Part shown: one piece after another, positions 9,393 to 21,556 of the stretch
How positions within the stretch are numbered: the stretch's first letter is position 1
How the letters are laid out: each line of letters opens with the position of its first letter
Assembly (NCBI RefSeq): GCF_046119375.1
Contig: NW_027362764.1
Location: forward strand, 293,074,001-293,138,000
Length of the DNA: 64,000 nt
Direction: 5' to 3'
DNA from: Phyllobates terribilis
Lineage: Eukaryota
The notes under the pieces: generated by a model
Database searches by the model: none
What the model saw: only the letters and a program-made list of their open reading frames with translations
Told to the model about the DNA's origin: nothing
Program-made: the position numbers and the translations under genes

Positions 9393-10901
9393 CATAGCAG
9401 TTAGTCTCTAATGACCAGTTTACAAACCACTGAAAATTAGAGTCATGTAATGCACATGAGAAAACTGATGAAGACTGCAAGATGCATTTATACAACGCCC
9501 AGAAATGTTGTTATATAAACACACTAATAGACACACTCTAAAGCTTATTCTGAAAAGTCATCTGAAACAGCAGGTCTGATTTAAATCTAAGCTATGGGAA
9601 TTTTATGCCAAACCAATGATAGGCAAGAGTTAAATCTATATTACAGGTGTTGTCTCATCTTCTTAAATGGGTAAAATTGCAAAGTGCTTATAAGAACAAC
9701 TAACTTTGCAGTTTAACACTTGTTAAAAATCCTAGCTTTCTCAAAAACTGAGGGGTTTTCAACTCCATACTTTACTTCTCATTGTCTAGTTTATCAGCCA
9801 CTTCTGCAGTCTATCAGCAGTGGCCGGTCTCTAAGGAAAAGAGCTCAGCGCTTATAAGCTCTTTGCTGTAGATCTTTGCATCAAGCCACTTTTCGGTGAC
9901 CCTGCACCCCTCCATTGCTGCAGAGGTAAAGCAATCTCGGCTTGCAGTATGAGAGTGACCACAGTTCGGGACAATGGTGCAGCCATGCTGTTGGTCCAAA
10001 TTGTCAGTCATCATGAGTGTACCCACCTGCCCCACCTTTGGGAGGCTGAGGAGCAATGTATTCCTGAAAATAAAAGATGAGACAACCACCTTAAGTATTA
10101 ATGTCAAGATAGATAAAAGAAGCATAAAAGGAATGGTTACACAATAAGAGTTAAATGAAAGAATATTCAGATTCAAATACAATTCCTGAATGTAAAATGC
10201 GCAAGAAAGGAAATAGTATGTTTATGAGTAAGACGATAAGGAAATGGCCTTGCATATGCTATTTATGGAAACTTTAAGGAGTGTCTTTTCTTTATTTTTC
10301 ACATTAAAGCATTCCTTTGCACATGAACAAATGTCAAAAATAGAAAAAATTCTATAGCTATTGGGTAGTAGAGAACACTTTATACTCAGCAACCATTTGC
10401 TTATTTAGATTGAAAAAGATGGTCCATATTTGGTCATAGCAACATGAGAGGCCATGTTTTGTTTTCTTTGGCTGTTTAACGGGAACCTGTCATGTTGAAA
10501 ATGGTATCTGATCTGCAGGCCTGATGTTGTACAGAAGGTGGAGCTGATGAGATTCATACACTTTTTTGTGTGAAAAGTTTTATTGCATTTTTGCATTGCA
10601 ATCTTTGGTGTTTGTATGTCTATAAGTCAAGTGGGTGGGCCTATTCAGTGATTGACAGTGATTCCTGTATGACTCTGCATGTAGAGACAGCTGTCAATCA
10701 CTGGCTAGAACCACCCATTGTCCACTTACACATGCAAACACCAGGCATTTCAATGAATAAAATTCAAGTTATACTGAATCTTTTCCAACTAACCTGTTTC
10801 CATTCTATTCAGTTTCTCCTCTATACCATACTGTTCACAGATCAGACTGCATGTGTACCGCGAGAGATCCCCTTTAAAAAATGAAACTGAACTCCAATGT
10901 A

Positions 10902-12533
10902 CAGTTGTGCTCAAAAGTTTACATACCCCGGCAGAATTTTTCCTTTCTTGGCCTTGTTTCAGAGAATATGAATGATAGCAAAAAAACTTTTTCTCCACTC
11001 ATGGTTATTGGTTGATTGAAGCCATTTTTTGTCAAACCACTGTGTTTTCTCTTTTTAAATCTTAATGACAGCCAAAAACATCCAAATGACCCTGATCAAA
11101 AGTTCACATACCCCAGTTCTTAATACCGTGTATTGCCCCCTCTAACATCAATGACAGCTTGAAGTCTTTTGTGGTAGTTGTGGATGAAGTTCTTTAATTT
11201 TTCAGATGGTAAAGCTGCCCATTCTTCTTGGCAAAAATCGTCCAGTTCCTGTAAATTCCTGGGCTGTCAAGCATGAACTTCCTGCTTGAGATCTCCCGAG
11301 AGTGGCTCAATGATATTGAGGTCAGGAGACTGAGATGGCCACTCCAGAACCTTCACTTTGTTCTGCTGTAGCCAATGACAGGTCAACTTGGCCTTGTGTT
11401 TTGGATCGTTGTCATGTTGGAATGTCCAAGTACGTCCCATGCGCATCTTCCGGGCTGATGAGTGCAAATTTGCCTCCAGTATTTGCTGATAACGTGCTGC
11501 ATTCATCTTTCCATCAACTTTTACCAAGTTTCCTGTGCCTTTGTACCTCACACATCCCCAAAACATCAGCGATGCTTTACTGTAGGAATGGTGTTCCTTT
11601 CATCATAGGCCTTGTTGACCTCTCTCCAAATGTAACGTTTATGGTTGTGGACAAAAAGTTCAATTTTGGTCTCATCACTCCAAATTACCTTGTACCAGAA
11701 GTTCTGAGGCTTGTCTCTGTGCTGTTTGGCGTATTGTAGGAGAGATACTTTGTGGCATTTGCGCAGTAATGGCTTTCTTCTGGCGACTCGACCATGCAGC
11801 CCATTTTTCTTCAAGTGCCTCCTTATTGTGCATCTTGAAACAGCCACATCGCTGGTTTTCAGAGAGTACTGAATTTCAGCTGATGTTATTTGTGGGGTTT
11901 TTTTTGCATCCCGAACAATTTTCTTGGCAGTTGTGGCCTAAATTTTTGTTGGTCTACCTGACTGTGGTTTGGTTTTTACAGAGCCCCTGATTTTCCATTT
12001 GTTAATCACATTTTGAACACTGCTGACTGGCATTATCAATTCCTTGGATATTTTTTTGTATCCCTTTCCTGTGTTATGCAGTTTAACTACCTTTTCCCGT
12101 AGAACCATTGACAATTCTTTTGATTCCCCGTGACTCACAATCCAGAAACGTCAGTGGCTGGATGAAAGATCCCAGAGTCTGTCTGGATCCCAAAAACTCA
12201 CTCAGCTTTTATGCACGCACACTGATTACTAGCAAGCAGGTCACAGGTGAGGATGTTACCTTTAGTAGACATTCAAATCCCTTTGGGTCAAATTCTGTGC
12301 ATGTTATCAGGCCAAAATCACTAGGGTATGTGAACTTTTGATCAGGGTCATTTGGATGTTTTTGGTTGTCATTAAGATTTAAAAAGAGAAAACACAGTAG
12401 TCTGACAATAAATGGCTTAACCCAACCAATAACCATGAGTGGAGAAAAAATATTTTTGTTATCATTCATATTCTCTGAAACAAGGCCAAGAAAGGAAAAA
12501 TTCTTCCGGGGTATGTAAACTTTTGCACAACTG
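10902..12533 (-). mobile_element. Tc1 DNA transposon (Tc1-A) with a frameshifted transposase
   Basis: TIRs CAGTTGTGC..AAAAGTTTACATACCCCGG, TA flanks. Minus-strand fragments [31 protein letters not shown]. Confidence 0.93.
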
Positions 12534-13542
12534 TATATCCAATTATATTTGGAGCTCTGTTCACTTTTGCATCAAAGGTTCTTTTTCTGATGGCTCTGTT
12601 TTAACATATAAAAAGGGAAGTATTACAGATCCTAATGGATTCCATTGATTGCAATGGAAGCTATCAGAAGTCATTTCATGGGGTATTATAGTATAGATCA
12701 GTTGTTCTCAAACTCTGCAACACCACCCCTAATTCTTGGTGAGGTGCAGTTGGAGAAGCAGTATTTAAGTAGTTTAAGAGGTCGGCCACTATTCAGGCCA
12801 CCAGTTTATAAATATTCTATTGCCACTTGTAAAATAAAAACAGCTTATACTTCCCTTTCCCCTCCCCAAACCGGAGACGTCAGGTTTTCCAAAGCTCACT
12901 AATGGGCTGCAGGAAATGAGAGCACAATGGTCCATAATGTCCACTGATTGGATGTAGGGCTCACATGGAAAAAATACTGTATGTTATTTGAGCCTCTGAA
13001 GACTTGGCATCGACATTGCTGGAATATAGCCTGTATGAGAAGTATGTATAGTGTATTTTTATTTTACAGTGGGAAATGCAGTGATGAGCAAAATGGTAAC
13101 AATATTTTGAACTTTTGACTTTCACGCTCCATATCTCACCATCCACTACTGCTTGGAACGTGAGACTACCATAATTTTATAGACCTTCATCTTGGCCAGG
13201 GGTGGGCAATTAATTTTCCCGAGGGGCCACATGAGAGACTGTGACTGTTGGGGAGGGCCGAAGCAATAGGCTGAAATGAATTCTGCTCAATATTAATATT
13301 AACATATAATTCTAATTATTATATTATTAATGATTATGTTACTGTAAAAGTCAGAAGGCCGGTAAAACCTAGGATTTACCGGTCAATCTGGACATTTACC
13401 GAGGCCATCGGTAAAAGCTCAAAATGAAAAGTAAAATTGGACTTTTACCTGTGAAATCTTGGTAAATGTTAACATTTACCCTCGAGCGTGGTAAAAGTCA
13501 GAAATATCAGGTGTGAAGATGGAACATCTGACTTTAACCAAG

Positions 13543-13812
13543 CGCAGTTGGTAAATGTGCACATTTACCACGGCTTCTTGGTAAATGTAGCTGAGAAGGG
13601 TGTAAGCGCAGTTGGTAAATGTGCACATTAAAATGTAGCTGAGAAGGGTGTAAGCGCAGTTGGTAAATGTGCACATTAAAATGTAGCTGAGAAGGGTGTA
13701 AGCGCAGTTGGTAAATGTGCACATTAAAATGTAGCTGAGAAGGGTGTAAGCGCAGTTGGTAAATGTGCACATTTACCATGGCTTCTTGGTAAATGTAGCT
13801 GAGAAGGGTGTA
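13543..13812. repeat. 48-bp subterminal tandem repeat of the Ginger-like element
   Basis: Unit TGTAGCTGAGAAGGGTGTAAGCGCAGTTGGTAAATGTGCACATTAAAA in about 4-5 copies; contains the GGTAAA motif of the TIRs. Confidence 0.9.
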
Positions 13813-13820
13813 ATAAAAAG

Positions 13821-14724
13821 TGTAAGCCACCGCGGGAAAGGTGTCTGATTAGGCAGATACGGCGAGGAAATGGAGGACACAGTGTTCAAAGTTTTTATAA
13901 ATGTAATAAGAGTAAATGGGGAAAATATGGTAATAACAATGAACAAAATCTGCTACCCTGTAAGGTATCTGCTACCCTGTAACGTATATACGTTCTATAT
14001 ATACAGATGTCAATCCTGACTATCCTTAACGTATGTACGTTCTACATATACAGATGTCAATCCTGACTATCCTATGATTATTGTTCCGATCATACAAAAA
14101 GTGCCCACTTCCCGCTAACATACAACCACTAACCCCTCACTAAAATATGCAAAAGAGAACGTCCTATGAATCTTAGGGTATCAGTGTTCTGCAGCACCCT
14201 CTCACAAAAGTTACAAGAAGTACACACGCTGCCGGTGTAGTAGTGTAAAAATTGTCCTGTACTTAGCTTCCTGTAGAGCGCAGAGTCCAAAGTCTTTCCA
14301 AGGGCCCCTTGCAAGGTGGACGCTAACACTGCTCACACGATTTACCGTTGCCGCGCCAATGTGGTAGAACCAGAAGATATGCAGATAAGCTCTGAGCCGG
14401 AGTTGCTGGGTGCCATGAACGGTCTGTTCCACCCGAGCACCGTAGTCTCTGATCAGGGGAATCGGAAGACAGCGCATTCCGAGAAAAGGCTGGAAGGAAA
14501 CAGCGCAACAGCCCTGTCTGGGCTCAGTCTAGTCAGCACAGCACCAGTCCTCTCACTCTCCCTAAAATAGCTCCTGCCTCAAGTCCTAGTTTCCTGGGGT
14601 TCTCTTCTTAGATTGCTGCCCAATCACTGCCTGAAGAAAATCACTAACTCATCAATGGCAGTGTTAGACCAGTAGATGGTGCTGTTGTACAGTCTTTCAC
14701 ACAATGCTGAGTAACCCTATTACA
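13821..14724. mobile_element. Probable solo LTR inserted in the Ginger element
   Basis: TGTAA...TTACA termini with 4-bp flanking repeat AAAG (13817-13820, 14725-14728). The GGTAAA-rich host sequence resumes after it. Confidence 0.55.
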
Positions 14725-14891
14725 AAAGAACATGGGATTCTTGCCAAGCAGTGTGGGTAAATGGGCGTACTTCCGGTTTGTGTCCTCATGCTGGACGACT
14801 GCCTGAGTGTTTTGCAAGCTGCACATACTGCTCAAAACTGCATAGCCGACTGCCTGTCAAAGCTGCACAGGCACTAGCTGATTGTCAGATC

Positions 14892-16391
14892 ATGAGTGAG
14901 GAAATGAAAGATCGTTTTTCGGAGCTCTTGAATGAAGTGGTGGAGAAAAAGCGAGCTAATCATTTTTATCTCGCGGACGATAAATACGAGAATATATTGA
15001 AAGAAGTGAAGGAGGCTAAGGTGGCGGTACCTAAACGGAGTATTCACTACAGGCGTTTGAAGAGGTACGACATCATGACCGTCGGAAGTGATGAAAAGTT
15101 AATTGCACCAATCTCGTGTGAAAAAGACAACGTGTTGCATTACTTTCGGTGTGCAGAACTCTTTAGTGTCATTCATAATGCGCACATCAGTACCGGCCAC
15201 GGAGGGCGGACCAGGATCCTAAAGGAGGTGAACCGTAAGTTCAAAAATGTCACAACGGAGTCAATAGTTATTTATCTGCGACTCTGCCAGCCATGCCAGA
15301 AAAAACAGAAGATTACCAAAAAAGACCTTGTTGTGAAACCCATCCTACACAGTGAAATGAATTCTCATGCTCAAGTCGATCTCATTGACATGCAATCCAA
15401 TTGTGATAATGATTTCAAGCTCATATTCGTCTATCAAGACCACGTCACTAAATTTGTTCTTCTACGTGCTTTATGTGCTAAAAGAGCAGAAGAGGTTGCG
15501 TACCACCTCCTTGACATTTTTTCCACTTTTGGTGCCCGGTGTATTCTGCTTTCTGATAATGGGAGGGAATTTTGTAACAAGGTCATACAGAGTTTGTGCG
15601 CGATGTGGCCTGATATGAAAATAGTGCATGGTAAACCAAGACACAGCCAGTCCCAAGGCTCCGTGGAAAGAGCAAATCAAGACATTGAAAACATGTTGTC
15701 AACGTGGATGGAAACAAATAAGACACCCAAGTGGTCTGAGGGCCTTCGCTTTGTACAAGCAATGAAAAATAGAGTATACCATGAGGGAATTAAATGCTCG
15801 CCCTATGAAGCTATGTTCGAAGTACCAATGCAGATGGGTCTAGCTACCTCCAAAATTCCTAGTGATGGGATCAGAAATCTCTCTTCAGAAGAAGACCTTG
15901 AAAAAATGTTTGTTGGTTTGCAAGAGGAAGCTAGTGATCCGACATCACCAACAGAAGCCGAAGGGTCAGATGAATCTAACTTTCATCACACGTTAGCACC
16001 AACAGCAGCAGAAGCTTCGGATGAATCCAACTGTCATCAGCTGTTCACAACGGAAGGAGAAGCTTTGGACTTATCCAACTGTCCGCACACCTTAACAGCA
16101 TATGAAACTCCACCAATTTTGCCATCCAAGAATAATGAAGACCTAAAAGAAAAAAGTGTCGAGTCAAAGCCTTCTAAGAAAGATGGAGAACTTCATGATG
16201 ATCAGCAACCTGACGTTTTGATTTCGCATACAATCAATAGAAGAATTGGTGCGGTCAGAAGAGTTCGAAAAGCTGCAAGAGAAGGACTTGAAACACAGGC
16301 CAAGAAAATGTTGAAATGTTCCAGTCAAAAATTACCCGAACCTAACATTGGACAGAACATCAGAATCAGAATTTCAGACGTCGGCCGTTGA
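14892..16391 (+). CDS. KRBA2/SCAND3-like integrase-type transposase; premature TGA near the C-terminus
   Basis: HHCC (H..TGHGG...CQPC) and DDE core (QVDLID, SDNGREF, GSVERAN). Homology appears to continue past the stop (KMDPKSIIAIIIKKEDDFYQVGT). The likely start is ATG 14892, within track ORF 14751-16391. Confidence 0.85.
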   Translation: MSEEMKDRFSELLNEVVEKKRANHFYLADDKYENILKEVKEAKVAVPKRSIHYRRLKRYDIMTVGSDEKLIAPISCEKDNVLHYFRCAELFSVIHNAHISTGHGGRTRILKEVNRKFKNVTTESIVIYLRLCQPCQKKQKITKKDLVVKPILHSEMNSHAQVDLIDMQSNCDNDFKLIFVYQDHVTKFVLLRALCAKRAEEVAYHLLDIFSTFGARCILLSDNGREFCNKVIQSLCAMWPDMKIVHGKPRHSQSQGSVERANQDIENMLSTWMETNKTPKWSEGLRFVQAMKNRVYHEGIKCSPYEAMFEVPMQMGLATSKIPSDGIRNLSSEEDLEKMFVGLQEEASDPTSPTEAEGSDESNFHHTLAPTAAEASDESNCHQLFTTEGEALDLSNCPHTLTAYETPPILPSKNNEDLKEKSVESKPSKKDGELHDDQQPDVLISHTINRRIGAVRRVRKAAREGLETQAKKMLKCSSQKLPEPNIGQNIRIRISDVGR

Positions 16392-16489
16392 AAAATGGAC
16401 CCTAAGTCGATCATTGCGATTATTATAAAAAAAGAAGATGACTTCTACCAAGTGGGGACTACCGCTGGGATCCTAAATGCAGTAGGAAC

Positions 16490-16968
16490 TCCCCGCCCAC
16501 TAGGGTCATCCCGCCCTCTGGCCGGACCCCCCTTCTCCGCCACTTAAAGATCACTACTTACTGGAGGCTACCAGAGGCTTCCCAGGTCTCGTCGGCCGGC
16601 CGCATCCTCCTTCTTCCGGGTCACATGACTGCATACGTCACCACGAAATTGACAGGTGCATAAGTCATGTGACACAAGTTGTGTCACATGACTTACGCAT
16701 GCGTCACTTGCGTGGTGACGTATGCAGTCATGTGACTCGGAAGGAGAACGCGGACGGCGAGACCTGGGAAACCTCCGGTAAGTAGCAATTTAGCTTTATA
16801 CCTGTCTGCCCTGCACACTCTCACCATCCATGCCTTCCGATGATGCATGAAACATGCATTATGTGAAGGCACGGATATATCCGACAGATATCGGGATTAT
16901 CCGTATCCGTACAGCCCGTTATCCGCTCGGATAACGGGTCTGGACGGATCTATCCACTTATCCCTAGT
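16490..16968. mobile_element. MITE-like fragment with an internal palindrome, truncating the Ginger transposase 3' end
   Basis: Hairpin centred on GACACAAGTTGTGTC (~16670-16685); ends CTTATCCCTAG. The left boundary is approximate. Confidence 0.5.
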
Positions 16969-17759
16969 CATAATTACAGAATTACATAGTTTTGAAGTTG
17001 CGTTATTCATGTATTTGCGTTAATTTGACATTTTTGAGAAGTATTTTCCTACATAAATGTTTCGTATTTGAATTCAGAATTACATAGTTTTGAAGTTGCG
17101 TTATTCTTGTATTTGCGGTAATTTGTCATTTTTGAGAAGTATTTTCCTACATAAATGTTTTCTATTTGCATTTTCCTATTTGCATTCAGAATTACATAGT
17201 TTTGAAGTTGTGTTATTCTTGTATTTGCGGTAATTTGTCATTTTTGAGAAGTATTTTCCTACATAAATGTGTTCTATTTGCATTTTCCTATTTGCATTTG
17301 TTCATTTGCATTTGCATTTTGAAGAATAAAAATATTTCTAACGATTAAGGCCTTCATCAGAGTGGGAAATTGCGTTTAGTTAACTTTTACCACCATCATC
17401 TGCTGGTAAGAGTCAGAATTCTGTGACTCAAAGTTACTTTTACCAACACATGCTGGTAGTTACTTTTACCAACACATGCTGGTAAATGTAAACATTTACC
17501 AATTCGCCCAGGTAAAAGTCCAAAATCGTTCGTTTATATGGAATACATCTGACTTTTACCAACGCTGTTGAGAAATGTTAAGATTTACCAAGACTTCACC
17601 GGTAAAAGTCCAATTTTACTTTTCATTTTGAGCTTTTACCGACTGCCTCGGTAAATGTCCAGATTGACCGGTAAATCCTAGGTTTTACCGGCCTTCTGAC
17701 TTTTACAGTAACAATTACATTAATATTAATTGTATAACTTAATATTGAGCAGACATCCC

Positions 17760-18925
17760 CCTATATACAGCTTGAGCCCCCCACACAGCCTCTCTATATA
17801 CAGCATGAGCCCCACACAGCCCCCCTATGTCCAGCATGAGCCCCACACAACCCTCCCGTGTCCAGCATGAGGCCCACAAAGCCTCTCCGTGTCCAGCATG
17901 AGCCCCACAAAGCCTCTCCATGTCCAGCATGAGCCCCACACAGCCCCCCCATGTCCAGCATGAGCCCCACACAGCCCACATGTCCAGCAGGAGCCCCACA
18001 CAGCCCCCCTCCATTTCCAGCATGAGCCCCACAGAGCCCCCCATGTCCAGCATAAGCCCCACACAGCCCCCCCATGTCCAGCATGAGCCACACACATCCC
18101 CCCCATGTCCAGCATGAGCCCCACACAGCCCCCCATGACCATCATGAGCCCCACACAGCCCCCCATGTCCAGAATGAGCCCCACAAAGCCCCCCCCCATG
18201 TCCAGGATGAGCCCCACACAGCCACCCTATGTACAGCATGAGCCCCACACAGCCCTCCAAGTCCAGCATGAGCCTCACACAGCCCCCCATGTCCAGCAAG
18301 AGCCCCACACAGCCCCCCCGTGATCAGCATGAGCCCCACACAGCCCTCCCGTGTCCAGCATGAGCCCCACACAGCCACCCATGTCCAGCATGAGCCCCAC
18401 ACAGCCCTCCCGTGTCCAGCATGAGCACCACCCACCACCCCATGTCCATTATGAGAGCCCGAGAGCCTCCCCAGTGTCCAGCAAGAGAGCCCTCCCCAGT
18501 GTCCGGCATGACAGCCCTCCCCAGTGTCCAGCATGACTGCCCTCCTCAGTGTCCAGCATGACAGCCCTCCCCAGTGTCCAGCATGACAGCCCTCCCCAGT
18601 GTCCAGCATGACAGCCCTCCAGTGTCCAGCATTAAACCCCCAGTGTCCAACATGAGATCTCCCCCTGTGTCCAGAATGAGAGCTCCCCCTGTGTCCAGCA
18701 TGAGAGCTCCCCTGTGTCCAGCATGACAGCACTCCCTGTGTCCAGCATGAGAATCCCCCTATGTACAGCATGAGAGCCCCCATGTGTCCAGCATGAGAGT
18801 CCCCCTCTGTGTTCAGCATGAGAGCCCCCCTGTGTCCAGCATGACAGGCCTCCCTGTGTCCAGCATGAGAGCCCCCGTGTCCAGCATTAAAGCCCCCCCT
18901 GTGTCCAGCATTAAAGCCCCCCCGT
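17760..18925. repeat. C-rich minisatellite (TGTCCAGCATGAGCCCCACACAGCCCCCCCA-type, ~22-31 bp units), copy 1
   Basis: Dozens of degenerate units whose consensus drifts along the array; accounts for the many low-complexity ORFs here. Confidence 0.95.
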
Positions 18926-18927
18926 GT

Positions 18928-20945
18928 CCGTATCCGTATCCGTACAGCCCGTTATCCGCTCGGATAACGGGTCTGGACGGATCTATCCGCTTATCCCTAG
19001 TCATAATTACAGAATTACATAGTTTTGAAGTTGCGTTATTCATGTATTTGCGTTAATTTGACATTTTTGAGAAGTATTTTCCTACATAAATGTTTCGTAT
19101 TTGAATTCAGAATTACATAGTTTTGAAGTTGCGTTATTCTTGTATTTGCGGTAATTTGTCATTTTTGAGAAGTATTTTCCTACATAAATGTGTTCTATTT
19201 GCATTTTCCTATTTGTATTTGTTCATTTGCATTTGCATTTTGAAGAATAAAAATATTTCTAACGATTAAGGCCTTCATCAGAGGCGGAAATTGCGTTTAG
19301 TTAACTTTTACCACCATCATCTGCTGGTAAGAGTCAGAATTCTGTGACTCAAAGTTACTTTTACCAACACATGCTGGTAGTTACTTTTACCAACACATGC
19401 TGGTAAATGTAAACATTTACCAATTCGCCCAGGTAAAAGTCCAAAATCGTTCGTTTATATGGAATACATCTGACTTTTACCAACGCTGTTGAGAAATGTT
19501 AAGATTTACCAAGACTTCACCGGTAAAAGTCCAATTTTACTTTTCATTTTGAGCTTTTACCGATTGCCTCGGTAAATGTCCAGATTGACCGGTAAATCCT
19601 AGGTTTTACCGGCCTTCTGACTTTTACAGTAACAATTACATTAATATTAAATGTATAACTTAATATTGAGCAGACATCCCCCTATATACAGCTTGAGCCC
19701 CCCACACAGCCTCTCTATACACAGCATGAGCCCCACACAGCCCCCCTATGTCCAGCATGAGCCCCACACAACCCTCCCGTGTCCAGCATGAGGCCCACAA
19801 AGCCTCTCCGTGTCCAGCATGAGCCCCACAAAGCCTCTCCATGTCCAGCATGAGCCCCACACAGCCCCCCCATGTCCAGCATGAGCCCCACACAGCCCAC
19901 ATGTCCAGCAGGAGCCCCACACAGCCCCCCTCCATTTCCAGCATGAGTCCCACAGAGCCCCCCATGTCCAGCATAAGCCCCACACAGCCCCCCCATGTCC
20001 AGCATGAGCCACACACATCCCCCCCATGTCCAGCATGAGCCCCACACAGCCCCCCATGACCATCATGAGCCCCACGCAGCCCCCCATGTCCAGAATGAGC
20101 CCCACAAAGCCCCCCCATGTCCAGGATGAGCCCCACACAGTCACCCTATGTACAGCATGAGCCCCACACAGCCCTCCAAGTCCAGCATGAGCCTCACACA
20201 GCCCCCCATGTCCAGCAAGAGCCCCACACAGCCCCCCCGTGATCAGCATGAGCCCCACACAGCCCTCCCGTGTCCAGCATGAGCCCCACACAGCCACCCA
20301 TGTCCAGCATGAGCCCCACACAGCCCTCCCGTGTCCAGCATGAGCACCACCCACCCCCCCATGTCCATTATGAGAGCCCGAGAGCCTCCCCAGTGTCCAG
20401 CAAGAGAGCCCTCCCCAGTGTCCGGCATGACAGCCCTCCCCAGTATCCAGCATGACTGCCCTCCTCAGTGTCCAGCATGACAGCCCTCCCCAGTGTCCAG
20501 CATGACAGCCCTCCCCAGTGTCCAGCATGACAGCCCTCCAGTGTCCAGCATTAAACCCCCAGTGTCCAACATGAGATCTCCCCCTGTGTCCAGAATGAGA
20601 GCTCCCCCTGTGTCCAGCATGAGAGCTCCCCTGTGTCCAGCATGACAGCACTCCCTGTGTCCAGCATGAGAATCCCCCTATGTACAGCATGAGAGCCCCC
20701 ATGTGTCCAGCATGAGAGTCCCCCTCTGTGTTCAGCATGAGAGCCCCCCTGTGTCCAGCATGACAGGCCTCCCTGTGTCCAGCATGAGAGCCCCCCCTAT
20801 GTCCAGCATGAGAGCCCCCTGTGTCCAACATGAGAGAGCCCCCTGTGTCCAGCATGAGAGCCCACCTGTGTCCAGCATTAAAGCCCCCGTGTCCAGCATT
20901 AAAGCCCCCCCTGTGTCCAGCATTAAAGCCCCCCCTTGTCCAGCA
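18928..20945. repeat. Tandem duplicate of ~16898-18927 (Ginger right end plus minisatellite)
   Basis: The sequence restarts at TCCGTATCCGTACAGCCC. A second right TIR with ATTA ends at 19634-19638. It has one fewer ~112-bp subrepeat and several substitutions. Confidence 0.92.
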
Positions 20946-21020
20946 TGAGAGCCCCCCTGTGTCCAGCATGAGAGACCCCCCCTGTGTCCAGCATGAGAGC
21001 CCCCCCCACTGTGTCCAGCA
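19680..21020. repeat. C-rich minisatellite, copy 2
   Basis: Same unit succession as 17760-18925, extended by several units. Confidence 0.95.
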
Positions 21021-21483
21021 TATACTTACCTCACTCCCTGTTCTCCTGGCGCTCCTGTCTGCGATGCACTGACTCTCCGCAGTGCGCAGGCTGATGTCAT
21101 CACGTCAGCTGTTTCTAACGCTGATTGGTGGAAGAGGGAGGCGGTGGCCCCTCCTCCACCAATGCATTCACCGCTGATTGAGACAGTCGTGACGGCGTGC
21201 GTGCAGGCGGGGAAGGGTACAGTGCGGCCACTGTTACCAGCCCCTCGGCTGTCTCGGTCCGCGGGCAGGTCTGGAACAGCCAGAGGGCCGGATGTGGCCC
21301 GCGGGCCGCACTTTGCCCAGGTCTGATCTTGGCTATCTCATACATGAATTTGACTTGCAACTATTTAGCATATGATTAATTATGTTGATTCTTATCATGT
21401 CACTGTATTGTTACTATTTTGCTTCTGGTGGTGGAAAAATCTTTTTCTGTCTGCATACTACAAAATACAACCTGTTCTCACAT

Positions 21484-21556
21484 TCCCTAATAGCTCAGTG
21501 TGTTATTAGGTTGATTCCCAATCAAAAGGTCACTAGTTCAAATCGAGGAGCAGCCA
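21484..21556 (+). other. Degenerate tRNA-like (A-box/B-box) sequence inside the old Tc1
   Basis: TAGCTCAGTG (A-box-like), TTGA-TTCCCAA-TCAA anticodon-like hairpin, AGTTCAAATC (B-box-like). The acceptor stem does not pair. Confidence 0.4.

Larger units (their letters stand above)
13337..17713 (+). mobile_element. Ginger2/TDD-type DNA transposon
   Basis: TGT...ACA termini, ~165-bp TIRs, 4-bp TSD ATTA (13333-13336, 17714-17717), and an integrase-type transposase ORF. Confidence 0.8.
13197..21325. mobile_element. Non-autonomous hAT-type element swollen by insertions and a duplication
   Basis: Termini CAGGGGTGGGCAA and TTGCCCAGGTCTG. Perfect 8-bp TSD ATCTTGGC (13189-13196, 21326-21333). Internal minisatellite. 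Confidence 0.85.

Noticed and set aside
13476-13830. Repeat ORFs and a CRISPR-like appearance of the 48-bp array
   Set aside because: Head-to-tail identical units with no unique spacers, in a eukaryotic context with no cas genes.
17739-20969. Long Gly/Cys/Trp-rich ORFs up to 407 aa
   Set aside because: Translations of the minisatellite, open in several frames at once.
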